From positions 108,314,001 through 108,378,000 of the forward strand of contig JAGIQG010000001.1 in the NCBI GenBank assembly GCA_024679065.1: a stretch of DNA of 64,000 nucleotides, written 5' to 3'. This document shows positions 26,717-39,190 of this stretch, piece by piece. Origin of the DNA: Sphyrna mokarran. Its lineage: Eukaryota. Each line of letters begins with the position of its first letter. The stretch's first letter is position 1. A program made the position numbers and the translations under genes. The notes under the pieces were generated by a model. That model saw nothing but the letters and a program-made list of their open reading frames with translations, did not search any database and was not told where the DNA came from.

Positions 26717-27641
26717 TACAATCGCATTCAATTGTAAATAATTCCACTTCAATGCCATGGACATATTAGGATTGGTACGTACACATAGCATTGAGATACC
26801 CGTTTCAGTATGAGGCCAATATTATATTATGTGACCCAATCAGCACCATTTTGGATTGATCACTCGATATCCCTGACTGGCCCCATCGCCACCTCTTCTA
26901 TTTCATCATGGTCTCATTTCCTGCAATTCCTACTTGCTGCTCCTCTCTTGTGACCCTCCTGCTCAATGCTCCCCTCTCTTAGCAAGGTGTAGGAGAGGGA
27001 AGCAGGATGTAAGTAGGAAGGGTTATTATATTTCTTTGATATTTTAAAATATATTTTCTTTAAAATATTGTTTCATTTACAAATACAGAAATTTAGGAAC
27101 GTACAGTATTTTATTTTCTAATGTGAGAAATCCTATAGAACCTAACTACAGATTTTACATCAGATTTTCCCACTACAACCAATTTACTCAACATTGTTTC
27201 AATTAAAGTTGCACTTTTCAGAGTGCAATATTAAGTGATGAATTAATATACTAGTTCAGCCTTAAATTAACTAATAATCTATTTTAATCTAAATTATACC
27301 TCTACAATTATGTTAGACAAAAGCCATAGCAAACAATACACAAATAATTGTCAATGAGATAACCTATTATTTATGTGCAAGTATATAATTACTTCCACTT
27401 CTCCATGTCACACTACCCCATTTGTTCAACACAACTAGAGGAAATATTTTGACATACAAACTTGAAGCCTTTCAGAAGCCTATTAGTTGGTGCACAGCCT
27501 CCGACAGTTGCTAAAAACCTGCAGACCTTTTGTTTTTAAGTGTTTCCTGATGCAAAATAAAGTTATACAATAAATTACAATTTCTGAAAAAGCAATTTAA
27601 AATGAATAAGTACTTTTCAACAGTAATTACATATGACTAAC

Positions 27642-27735
27642 CTTTCTTAATACGTCCATCAGCCTCAGCTGCTCCTCCTGGAATTATAGCTTTCACGTAA
27701 ATCCCACCATGTCTCACACTTGTGTTAATACCACC
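27642..27735 (-). CDS. PTPN13: PTPN13 exon, PDZ2
   Basis: tag|GGT GGT...AAA G|gttag; 94 nt; [31 protein letters not shown]. Confidence 0.96.
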
Positions 27736-28067
27736 CTAAAGAAAAATTCAGACAATGGAAGATATCTACAAAAAAAAGACCAATCTGCAAAAAAATATAT
27801 TTACATGCAAAATCCTATTTTTAAAAGTTGGTTTGCCAGTTTGTCATCAAATTGTGAGGAAAAACACAGGGTTAGCATAGTGGGCAATTAGATGGCACAC
27901 AAAATTGCTAATAGAGAATTGTGAAATTTTGAATCTTGGGAAAACAAATGGCAAAGGAAAATGCCCTCTATGACGATTTTTTAAATAGAGGAAAGAACAG
28001 AGATTGATGTTAGCAAAAATAAAGATTTTTAAAAGTGATTGTGTAGGTTAAAAATTTTCCTAAAGCT

Positions 28068-28635
28068 GTGAGGTCATGTTGCAACTGTACAAAACTCTGG
28101 TGCGGCCGCACTTGGAGTATTGCACACAGTTTTGGTCGCCGCATCATAAGAAAGATGTGGAGACATTGGAAAGGGTGCAGAGGAGGTTTACCAGGATGTT
28201 GCCTGGTATGGTGGGAAGATCTTATGAGGAAAGGCTGAGGGACTTGAGGTTATTTTCATTAGAGAGAAGAAGTTTAAGAGGTGACCTAATTGAGGCATAC
28301 AAGATGATCAGAGGGTTAGATAGGGTGGACAGTAAGAGCCTTTTTCCTCGGGTGGTGATGGCGAACACGAGGGGACATAGCGTTAAATTAAGGGGTGGTA
28401 ATTATAGGTCGGATGTCAGAGATAGGTTCTTTACTCAGAGGGTAGTAAGGGCGTGGAATGCCCTACCTATAGCAGTTGTGGACTCACCAACTTTGAGGGC
28501 ATTCAAATGGTCAGTGGATAGGCATATGGATAACACTGGAATAGTTTAGGTTAGAGGGTCATTAGATTGGTTCCACTGGTCGGCGCAACATCAAGGGCCA
28601 AAGGGCCTGTACTGTGCTGTAATGTTCTACGTTCT
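28068..28635 (+). mobile_element. Young 5'-truncated CR1 inside an older CR1 remnant (about 27880-29040)
   Basis: Uninterrupted 157-aa frame MLQLYKTLVRPHLEYCTQFWSPH...; CpGs retained; tail GTTCTACGTTCTA. Confidence 0.93.
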
Positions 28636-29616
28636 AAAAAGATAATGATATACTGATTTGCTGCATAGGGCTGCAAACTTTGAAACCAAACAATTGATGT
28701 ATGTATGCAAGATATTATTGTCACAACTTAATCACATTATAGGTAGGATATCAGAGCCATGGCAATTGCACACACAAGAGCCGCTAAAATGTTTCTGAGA
28801 ATTAGATGTCACAGTCAAAGGCATGAGAGATGATGGCTTGTTCATTTTCTCACTGAATCAGAGGGGTTTTAAGAAAGAATCTAAAATTAGGAAAGGTTAT
28901 AAAATGGTAAGTAGTGAAAGATGATTTGCATCTGCAAGTGAATCATCAACAAAATGACAACAAAATAACAAAGGGGACATTAAAAGTTGAGAAAGAGAGG
29001 GCTAAGATAGGTATCACCCTGGGAGCAGATCCCACTTTATTCAATTGCAGGAATGGTACAGATCTAAACTTATTAAGTATAAACTTACAAAAACAAAACA
29101 GGGCAATTCAGTAATAACTACTTTGGCAAATCCACCTTGAAGAATCTGTAAAGTTAGAAAGTAATTTGAAGACTTTGTGCAATAACAATTTTTGGTTTGA
29201 TGGTACAATAGATTTTCATTACTTTTGCTCTCGACTTGGAATTGTTCAGTCTTGAACAAAAAACTGGATTGCAATATGGCCAAGTTACAAATCTCTCGAA
29301 GCACACTATTTTGGAGCATTTGTAAGTTTGCTTAAATGATGACAAAAATTGATATAATGCAAGTACAAAATCATTTGTTTCAAAATGCTCATTAATTTGT
29401 GTTCTCAACTTAAATGTCTGTGATTGGTTGGTATGCATGGATATGGGGAGTTGTGAATTAATCAAATTCTTTCAAACATACAAAAAAAATGAATGATGGT
29501 GGTGGCAGAATAGAAACATTTAACACAGAAATAAATATTCACCTTGAGTGGCAGTGAAAATAGGGCAGTATTAGGTCAACCATCCATTAGATTTGTTCTG
29601 GACGATCAGTTTTATT

Positions 29617-29897
29617 TAGAATCAAAGAATCCTTAAGGGGCAGGAGATCATTCGCCCATTGAGTCAACATATACTTTCCAACAAAGCAACACACCTAGGC
29701 CCTATCCCTGTAGCCCTATGTATTTGCCCAACTAATCCTCCTAACCTGCACATTTTGGAGCACTAAGGTACAATTTAGCATGGCCAATCCACCTAATCTA
29801 CACATCTTTGGACTGTGGAAGAAAAACAGAGCACCTGGAGGAAAGCCATGCAGATACGGGAAGAACGTGCAAACTCTACACAGTCATTCACCTGAGG
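29617..29897 (-). mobile_element. HE1-like V-SINE, head truncated
   Basis: Reverse complement of V-domain and CR1-type tail. Confidence 0.8.
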
Positions 29898-30034
29898 CTG
29901 TTCTAACAATTGTGCCGCTGTGACATTTCCATGCGGCGCATTTGCACTGAAAATGGAAACCAAATGAAACTCTGCCTGTTTTGCACAAATGCCCAGATGA
30001 ATTTTAACTCCGTTGTTTCCCTCTAACCACAATG

Positions 30035-30287
30035 ATAAGTCTCACAGCACCATGACCCAGGTTTGATTCTCGGCTTAGGTCACTGTATGTGCTGAGTCTG
30101 TAAGTTCTTCCTGTGGCTGCGTGGATTTGGATGCTCTGGTTAACGTGCTGGTTAGCTGCACGGCCCATGCTTAATTCTCCCTCAGTGTACCTGAACAAGC
30201 ACTGGAGCGTGGTGACTAGGCGATTTTCCCAGTAACTTCATTGCAGAGTTAATGTTGGCTTACTTGTGACACTAATAAATAAACTTT
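30035..30287 (+). mobile_element. V-SINE with non-CR1 tail
   Basis: Tail CAGTAACTTCATTGCAG...AATAAATAAACTTT as at 8990. Confidence 0.8.
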
Positions 30288-30604
30288 TTCAAAACTATGT
30301 TTCATCACTGAAAATGGAGAATGTGGTGGAGGTGATTCTTCTATTAGTAATTCTCAGGGTAAGCTTATTTCCTGGGCTCTAATGAATAATTGGAATAAAA
30401 ATTCTACCACGGAAAAGAAAGAACACAGGCTGACCCTGACCCCTCCGCCTTCACTTCTTAGTTGTTGCTTCTGAAGGGCACTTAAAGATGCTGGTGGTGA
30501 GATTTGTTCTTGTGATTTTAAAAATTTGGAAGGTTTGAGATATCAGATATGGCAAGACACGCCAGAAAAATAAATGCCCCTTTTCACCTACTGCCTCCCA
30601 ACTA

Positions 30605-31414
30605 CGTGCAGATGGAATACAATGTGGAAAAGTGTGAGGTTACGCACTTTGAGAGGAGAAATGGGCAAATAGACTATTTTCTAAATGGGAAAATGCTTAG
30701 GGAATCAGAAACCCAAAGTCATTGTTCAAGATTCTCATAAGGTTAATGTGCAGGTTCAGTCAGCAGTTAGGAAGGCAAATCAATGTTAGCATTCACGTCG
30801 AGAGGTCTAGAATACAACAGCAGGAATGTACTTCTGAGGCTGTAAAAGGCTCTGGTCAGACTTCATTTCGAGTATTGTGTGCAGTTTTGGACCCATATCT
30901 AACGAAGGACGTGTTGGCCTCGGAAAGGATCCAGAGGAGGTTCACAAGAATGATTCCCGGAATAAAGAGTTTGTCATATGAGGAACAGTTGAGGACTTTG
31001 GGTCCGTACTCATTGGAGCTTAGAAGAATGAAGGGGGATCTTATTGAAACTTACAGGATATTGCGAGGCCTGGATAGGGTGGATGTAGAGAGGATGTTTC
31101 CACTAGTAGGAAAAACTAGAATCAGAGGACATAACCTCAGGCAAAAGGGATGATCCTTTAAAACAGAGATGAGCAGGAATTTATTTAGCCAGAGAGTGGT
31201 GAATCTGTGGAACTCTTTTCCGCAAAAGGCTGCGGAGGCCAGGTCATTGAGTGTCTTTAAGACAGAGATAGATAGGTTCTTGATTGGCAAAGGGTTGGGG
31301 TTATTGGGAAAAGGTAGGAAAACAGAGATGAGAAAAATATCAGCCATGATTGAATGGTGGAACAGACTCAAAATGGGCCGAGTGGCCTAATTCTGCTCAT
31401 ATGTCTTATGGTCT
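30605..31414 (+). mobile_element. CR1 LINE 3' fragment
   Basis: QMEYNVEKCEVTHF; ERIQRRFTRMIPG; FSQRVVNLWNS; tail TCTTATGGTCT. Confidence 0.92.
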
Positions 31415-31842
31415 GTGCCATGGGCTTATAGGTTTACTGGCTGTTATTTCCTAACAGGTAAGCCAGAGTCTTGCAGCCAGCTCTACAGCAGGAGGCCTCT
31501 CAAACCTGCAGCTGCACTGAAGACAGGCTGTGTTAATGGTGTAACAAGGCAACAATAAAGGCTTGGCACACTAGATCCATCAAGACCTGGGCATGTAGAT
31601 TGTACCCTGGATGCCCATGTCCTTCCAGTGCTCGGGTGAAGGAAGATCAGGAAAAATCAGCTGTTGCGGATTTCTAAATGGTTTTCAGAGAAAGGAATAT
31701 TACAAATATTTTGCAATAATGGAGGATACAGCCAAGCTGCCCTGCGTTTTCTGACAAGTAACATCACTGAATACACATTTTATATACTTTAATATTTCAT
31801 TAAATAGAGAAAGAGAAAGTTGAAAACCTTGCAAAACAGTAC

Positions 31843-31971
31843 CGTGACACTAATGCCCAAGCTGTTCTCCACTTTTGACAATTCCACTTCAAAAATGTCT
31901 CCTGGCTTTGGCAAAGTGCTTTGTTTACTGCCAGAAAAAGCTCGTCTTTTAGTCTTTTCTGCTGCAGAATC
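31843..31971 (-). CDS. PTPN13: PTPN13 exon, start of PDZ2 (alternative donor extends it to 31828)
   Basis: tag|GAT TCT...GTC ACG|gtactg; 129 nt; PKPGDIFEVELSKVENSLGISVT. Confidence 0.95.
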
Positions 31972-32519
31972 CTACATGCAAACAAAATTAACATTAGTTT
32001 AAGCAGTAATATTAAAATTAAATGAAACTTATTCATGGTTATGAATAGTACAGAAACATGCTGTCTCATCTCAAAAATGTTACTTCTCCAGTGTTTTGAA
32101 CCATGCTCTTACAAATACTGTAGCAAAATAAGTTAACACCCAGATGACAAAACATAACAAAGTTAAAGCTATGATATTACAGAAGGCGCAGCATTAAGTT
32201 TCCACAACCAGATGTTAATATTATTCTTTCGAGTGCATTTTCTAAAGTACATAACCAACAAAAATGCCAAGATTGTAGTAATACTTTTACCTTAGATCCT
32301 AAGAAACAGTTACAAATTTAATATTCTACATATGATCTAAGCTCCAGAATAGTATAACTAGGATGAGTGGAGTGGGTTTGCCAAAGATGCATTGGGGGGG
32401 AACCCTTTCAGTCCAGGCATTGCTAAAATAAGAGAGGGGGATTGGGGCTGCTGGTGGGAGGGGCAGGTTAGTTAGCAAGATCAGAGATCAGGGCAGTGAA
32501 GGGGAGCAGGTGGGATGCA

Positions 32520-32542
32520 GGGGGGGGGGGGGGGGGGGGGGG
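32520..32542 (+). repeat. G23 homopolymer within a G-rich non-coding element (about 32350-32925)
   Basis: Direct reading. Confidence 0.9.
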
Positions 32543-33104
32543 ACATCGAGGCAAAGGGGGGGGGTGGGTTGAAGCTGACCTGGGCATGTTTGTGGGGTGG
32601 GCGGGGCAGGGTGGAGCAGATGGTAGGGTGGTAGGAGAGCCTATGACAGTGATGCGGGGCTGGTCAACAATCAGGTGGATAGCAGTGTGGGGCCATGCAC
32701 ATGTGCCGATCTTGGTACTGACAGGTCAGCACACGCACAGCAGCCCGCTCAGGGTTATGCTGCCAGGAACAGGCTCTGCCATCTGAATTTCAGCATAATT
32801 TACGCTGAAACACTCTGTAATGCATAGAGTGGAAGATTAATTTTGAAATCCTGCTGAAAAAAATAGCGTGATGTACTCCAATCTTTATGTGAATTTGATA
32901 CTTTTTTTTGGAAGAATTGCCCCAGGTTTTTTTAAAAAAAAGCAAAGTTTGTGGATTTGCATGCATGAAGTTTGCAACAGGAATTGGAGCGCAGAGAACT
33001 GTGGGCCCCAGAGATTAACATTTGTAAATCTGTGCTAACATTTCTAAAGTAGCATTATTGCTAGCAGGGTCATGCAGCTGGGTGACACAATGGCACATTG
33101 GGTA

Positions 33105-33240
33105 GAAGCAAATTACTGCGGATACTGGAATTTGAAACCAAAATAGAAAATGACTGTCATCTGGACTCAAAGTGCCAGCTCTTTTCTCTCCTTACAGATG
33201 CTGCCAGACCTGCTGAGATTTTCCAGCATTTTCTCTTTCA
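33105..33240. mobile_element. Penelope-like inverted terminal fragment inserted at a SINE head
   Basis: ACTGCGGATACTGGAA...AGAAAATG followed by CAGATGCTGCCAGACCTGCTGAG...CATTTTCT; GGCACA on both flanks. Confidence 0.65.
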
Positions 33241-33558
33241 GGCACAATCGATATCACTGCTGCCTCACAGTTCCAGTGATCCAGGTTCAATTCCAGCTTT
33301 GGTTGACTGTGTGGAGTTGCACATTCCTCTCTATGTCTGCACATTTCCTCTGGGTGGCCTGGTTTCCTCTCTCATTCCAAAGATGTGCAAGGTAGATGCA
33401 TTGGGCCTGCTAAAGTGCCTTGGTGTTCCAAGGTGAAATGGATTATCCATGATAAATGTTACAGAGTGGGGGAAGAGGGCCTATGAAAGATTCTCTGTCA
33501 GAAAGTCAGTGTAGATATGATGGGCCAAATGGTCTCTTCTGCACTGTAAGAATTCTAT
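33241..33558 (+). mobile_element. HE1-like V-SINE with CR1-type tail
   Basis: CACTGCTGCCTCACAG, B box GGTTCAATTCC, TGTGTGGAGTTGCAC, tail ATTCTAT. Confidence 0.82.
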
Positions 33559-33559
33559 A

Positions 33560-33940
33560 AAAAACTTGCACTTACATAATCTTTCACAGCCTCAGAACAT
33601 ACCAAAATGTTTTACAGTCAATTAAGTATTTTTGAAGTGTAGTCACTGTCGTAATGTAGGAAATGTGGCCGCCAGTTCTCAAACATCAACTACCATAAAG
33701 GAAATGAGGGAATGACTAGGTTATCTGTTTTTGTGATCGGTGCAATGGGGATGACAACTCTTTCTCCTCTTCAAAATAGTGCCATTGGATCTCCTGAATG
33801 CCAACCTGACAGGCACTTTTGAGAACCCCAACATACTGCACCTATAATACCAGACTGGAATGTCAGCCCTTTTGGGTTAAATTCTGGCTTCAAACCCACA
33901 ATCCTCTGACTCTGAGGCTGACTGCGCTACCACTGACACA
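33560..33940 (-). mobile_element. DeuSINE-like element
   Basis: CTCTTCAAAATAGTGCCATTGGATC...GGAATGTCAGCC...TCTGACTCTGAGG...GCTACCACTGA (recalled Deu domain plus tRNA head, reversed). Confidence 0.65.
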
Positions 33941-34249
33941 TACAGAAATAATTCCAGAACCAGCAGGAGAACTGCTAGTTAGCGTGCCTTCTGGATTTGG
34001 CATCGATAACAACTGTGCATACAAATAAACAAAATTACAAGTTTAGTGTATATCATAATCTGAAAAACTATCAAAAGGAACAGTCAAACAGAGAAGAAAT
34101 AATTACACATAATTCTGGCATCTCCACAACTACTTTAAATTGAAACTACTGCAATACGTGGCTTGCACGCAGATACAAAGTGAAAGTGCGCAGGTAGGGG
34201 TTGCCAGGAAGGAGCAAAACTGGTCAAAGCTAGAAATAATCATATTCAC

Positions 34250-34716
34250 CTTTTTAGGGCTTTGTTGCTCTTGACTGCTGGAATATGTTGCTTCATCCAT
34301 ATCAGAATCACCTCGATCAGAGCAATCTGTTTCTTTAGGTGTTTCGGCATTAATGCTGCTCAAATGTCCTGTGCTGTCGAGAACATTTTGGATCATATCC
34401 TGCCTTAATGCCATCAATGCAGAGACCTCTTTGTAATTATTACGTTGTGGTGTTCTAGAGGCTGTCCGATTTCTGTAGAAACCATTTACTTGGCTTTGTG
34501 AAAGACCGGCACTTTCAGTTCTAGAGTCCTGGGAGCTTGTACTTCCTCTTCGTTTTTCTTCATGTGGAACAGAAGTTCTCACTGGATGAATTCTCTGGTG
34601 ACCACGTGATCCATTATGCTCTTCGGAAGATGACACTTCTTCATAATCTCGCCTTCCTAAATTATGACAAGGACTTCTTGACTGGCTCCTTGTTTCTTTT
34701 TTATTCAGAGGAGATT
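34250..34716 (-). CDS. PTPN13: PTPN13 exon, PDZ1-PDZ2 linker
   Basis: aag|AA TCT...AAA AAG|gtgaat; 467 nt, phase 1-0; SSQDSRTESAGLSQSQVNGF and SDRGDSDMDEATYSSSQ motifs typical of PTPN13. Confidence 0.93.
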
Positions 34717-37170
34717 CTTGACAATAAAAAAAATTGTTCAAAGCATCAAGCTGTATTCTTTATGAAGGTGAAGTACAGTTGGGAATTTGAATTCTCCTTT
34801 CTCAATTAAAATACCACCATAGTTACAAACTTAAAACATGATTCTCTCATATGTCTAAATGAATAAGTTTATCAACCCTGTTGGAAATGATTGTTATCAG
34901 TCAATGCAGATTTCAGCCAGTTAAAGTGGGAAAAATATTTCGCAGTCATTTCCACCATAATATATATTATCTATTTTGCTGCCCAATTCAACTGCCAAAA
35001 AACTTAAGTCCAGTCTTTTTCCCCCTGTAACAATGTTAAACTTCAGAGCCAGTTCTCATGCTCTGTGGAGGTGTATCCATTCACTTGCAGCACCACATAT
35101 GGTTTTAGAAGTCATTTTCAATTGAATAAATAATAGACTAAAAGAATGCCTTTCACGTCTGCTCAAGATTGCTAGAGCTGTTTAACCAAAAAAGCTGATT
35201 GCACAGAAGGCAGCAAAAAATTGTTGTCACTCAAATTTAATATAACACTTGTACTTAAGAATTCTTTTTTATGTTTTTAATCCAACTTTAGGCTGGGCAA
35301 CATCGATGATGCCAGATCTATACTCCAGTTTGAAGTATGGTTTCCTGAGTTTTGGGAGTTCCACAATGGTCCCCAGGTTGGTTTGAAATCGTGTGTTTTT
35401 TGTTATTTGGGTTGCTCCCAAAATTGACATAATCAAAACAGCCTAGAAGGAAGGGTGTGCCTGCTTAAGGCTCTCCATGGCAGCAATTAAATTGGGATTT
35501 ATAAACAAAAATACAGCAAATTTTCAGTATTACTTTTCTACAACAAAGAAAACACTTTGAACCTGAACTAATCCTTCTAGAGTGCCCTATTCTTTATGTC
35601 AACTGTTTGGTTTCTTTCTGCACAGCAGAGCTTAAAATAAGATTATTCAATTAGCCCTTGTTTTATGAGAAATAAGAGTTGCCAGTCAAACATGATGTAG
35701 GCAAACTTTGACTGATAAAAATTGCAGTCTTCACTACTGGCCTTAGTTTGTCTTAACAGCATCTTAGTGCCATTCTCAGTAATGACTGAGTTGAACTGAG
35801 CTTCTATCACCTCTACAGACATCCAGTTCTTACTTGTCTGGATCCAAGTGATTCTATGAGTTAGTTAACTGAGTATTGCTAAGCAGTTTATTTGTGGATA
35901 AATACAGAATACTAATGACTCCTCCTGCAATTTTAATCATAATTAAGAAAAAGCTCATAGATAGGCAACTGGATTGACTGATTGATTCCAATGAGAACAT
36001 GAATATCTAAAAATAGTTGTATAATTAAATGATTGGGTTCCAAAATTGTAGACCTGCACCGACAACTAACCAGGCTCTATACTATTAGCAGAGATTCATA
36101 AAATGAAAGCTAATTTTAAATACTAATTACAAAGAGGCAAAAAGTATCTTTGTTTTATTTTGTAACCAAAAATTTAAATTTCTTGTTATGCATTATCCCA
36201 TTTTATGTTCAGGTTGACTGGAGTGCCAACGCTGAGCCCATCAGATACAGATTGCTGCAGATGGATGGAATCTGTACACAAATTCAAAATCACATTCACA
36301 CATTGTAGCTCAGTGTCACTGAGCATTGACTTAGCAAAACATTTTGCAAAATTATAGCTCCTTACAGTTACAAATCTCATTTAAAAAAAAGTTCAAGGGT
36401 GGATGTAAAAATTCATTCTTTCTCCACAATGACTAAAATATGAGACCGATTCAAACTGTCACTATCTATTACTTTTGTTCCATGTGAAGTCTTATAAAAT
36501 CAGATCCCTGAAAATATGGGGGCAGGGCTTCCAAATACGTGCTGTGGAAATTTGATGTCCTTGTCTGACATGGTGGAATCAATCCTGAACAGCCACAGCG
36601 GACAATATCCTAATTTAGATGCTTGAATGGCAGCTAGTGAAAATTTGTGTCAAAGCTGTTCAACAATGTCTCCTCATTTAAAGGAGGTGCCATTCTTCTC
36701 TGCAGTGAAAGTAATGGCATTTTTGACAGTGAGCATATTTTTAAAAAACTGATAGGGAATGGAGATTGTTCAGAGTCACTCTTTAAAAACTGAGGCACGG
36801 CAGCTATGTTTGTTGTTGAGTACTCATTCAGTGGTATGGGTGAGGCTAGATTCACATGAACTCCAACATCTGGTGACTTGTCTTACCTCCCACTGCTTTA
36901 AAACTCTGACACTGGCAGCAGTCCAAAACCCGTGCCTTAATGTCAGCATGAATTCTATCCTGAGGGACTGATTCAAAATATGGAAAGTATAGGATTAACT
37001 AGATAGCTGCCAAATCTGTTCTGACTTTCAACAGGCAGAATATATGATGTGCACCATAATAAGAAAAACCTGCGGCCTGTACAGATCCTGCGTGGTGACA
37101 GTTTTCTTTATCAAAATTCCTGCTTGAAGTCTTGAAGATGAGGGAACAAGAGTCCCCTTCCATTCAAGAG

Positions 37171-37458
37171 GGCGGCACAGTGTTAGCACTACTGCCTCAG
37201 AGCAAGGGACCCGGGTTCAATTCCAGCTTGGGTGACAATGTGGAGTTTGCAAATTCTCCCATTGTCTGAGTGGGTTTCTGCCATGTTTTTCCCACACTCC
37301 AAAGATGTGTGAGTTAAATTGATCGGCCATGCTAAATTGCCCCCGAGTTTCAGCAGGACTAGCAGAGTTAATATGCGAGGTTAATGGGATAGGACCTGGC
37401 TGCAACTGCTGTCAGTGCAGGCTTGATGTGACTTCTTTCTGCAATGTAGGGATTCTAA
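37171..37458 (+). mobile_element. HE1-like V-SINE
   Basis: GGCGGCACAGTGTTAGCACT..., B box GGTTCAATTCC, TGTGGAGTTTGCA. Confidence 0.85.
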
Positions 37459-37560
37459 GAAAAGAAACTTGAAGATTGGTGCAATAGACACATGTAACAC
37501 TGTATCATAATGTTTGATTCAGGCTTGAAATTTGGAATCTTGAAATTTTTGAACTAGTAC

Positions 37561-37710
37561 CTGAAGTAAATTCAGTTCCTCTATAAAGTTTCTCTTTAGG
37601 TTGAGACACTATCAGCGTCACATCTTCAGGAGCATTTTGCAAAATTTCAACTGCTTTATCATGAGTAACACCTTCCAAACTGACTCCATTTACAGATATC
37701 AGGCGATCAC
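37561..37710 (-). CDS. PTPN13: PTPN13 exon, end of PDZ1
   Basis: cag|GT GAT CGC...TCA G|gtacta; 150 nt, phase 1-1; DRLISVNGVSLEGVTHDKAVEILQNAPEDVTLIVSQPKEK; donor slightly less certain. Confidence 0.92.
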
Positions 37711-38639
37711 CTGCAGATGGTGAAAACACAATGGTTATTCAACATATAGTAATTTGACAAACATTGTGAAACAAATAAATGAAATAATTTGACACTTTGC
37801 ATCAATCCAAAACCATGTGGAATTTGACAAATTCCCATTTCATAGAAATGCAGCTGTACAAAGGAGGATATGTTCTTTAAGTGTACTTAATAAAGTACTA
37901 ACCTCCTATTGATGAGCATTTTCTTCACTAGATCTAGGCAATTATTGCATACTAGAATATATAATGGAGCATTTTGAACAAAATATTGAATAAAAACTCA
38001 AAAAATTGAACTACCTTAATGTAATGAATTACAGTTGAAATTTTTCTGCTATTAAAATGACCAATAAGGAAAATGTCTATAATTTAAAACTGTCCAGGAA
38101 ACATGTCTGTAAAGGTAAGGGAATTAAAATATTTTTGAAACAAAATATCTCAAAACACTGACACAGACTTTGCATTAAACATCTACAAGCTGCAAAAACA
38201 TTCATGCTTCCAAATACTGCTAGAAGATAAAGTACAGGAGCACATACAGGTTATCACTTGCTGAAAAGGCCATAAATTTGGCTAAACAAAGTAACTGACC
38301 TGTAGGGGTGTAACCTCCCTAACCCTGGGAGAGAATTATATATTTTTCATCAGCCACTTTCTAAAGGTAGCCATGTTTAAATATTTGGGGGGTAAAAAAA
38401 ACAAATGCTGCTCCTCTTGCCAATCTAGGCCACAATTTTAATCTGGATATCTTCAAGACTTTAGAATATTTGTACTCCCAACATGGGGAGTCACAATGTT
38501 ATCCACTCTTCTTTGCCACTGACTTGGGAGGCTCTATCCCTTTTGAGGTTTACACAGTCTCAGCCTATTTTCCTGCCAGACTGTGATGGAAGGACTGAGG
38601 ATTTCCATTGACTATTTGCAAGAGAATTATATGAGGTAC

Positions 38640-38747
38640 CTGGATTCAATGATCGGTCAAGCTCTGCTGGGCCTCCTGGTATGATTGTAGTGACAAAAAT
38701 TCCCAAGTCCTGTTTGCCAGTTTTCTCTCCTCCAACAATCTGAAAAC
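38640..38747 (-). CDS. PTPN13: PTPN13 exon, PDZ1
   Basis: tag|GT TTT CAG...CCA G|gtacc; 108 nt; FQIVGGEKTGKQDLGIFVTTIIPGGPAELDRSLNP. Confidence 0.96.
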
Positions 38748-39100
38748 CTATTTTGAAATAATAATTTAATAATCGGTCATCTCAATAGCATACTTTCAGA
38801 CCTTTCAGTCTGGAGACACAAAAGAACCACATTGTGAGGTTGAGCATTTCAATTTTAGTTTTTTTTCATCATGACTTCTCATATCTTTCCTGTCATGAGA
38901 TCATGCAAAAAAACTTTTCAATTGTTTTCAATATTGAATTCACCCACTAGGAAAAGGATTTTGTTTCTCTTATCTAGGAAACAATTACATATTCATCTTT
39001 AGTCTTTGTTATAAATTGTGCAGGTGTTACTGTCAAATCAACAACTACATCACATCCAGTCATCTGTAGATAAATAACCAGACCCAAAGATTCAACATAC

Positions 39101-39190
39101 CTAAACCGTGTTTTACATCCTTCTTCAGTTTTATAAACCTGAGTTCTCTCTCAGGTGAAGGCAAGGCACTAAATTTCTGATGAAGCGTAT
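39101..39190 (-). CDS. PTPN13: PTPN13 exon, start of PDZ1
   Basis: cag|AT ACG...TTA G|gtatg; 90 nt; TLHQKFSALPSPERELRFIKLKKDVKHGL. Confidence 0.95.
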
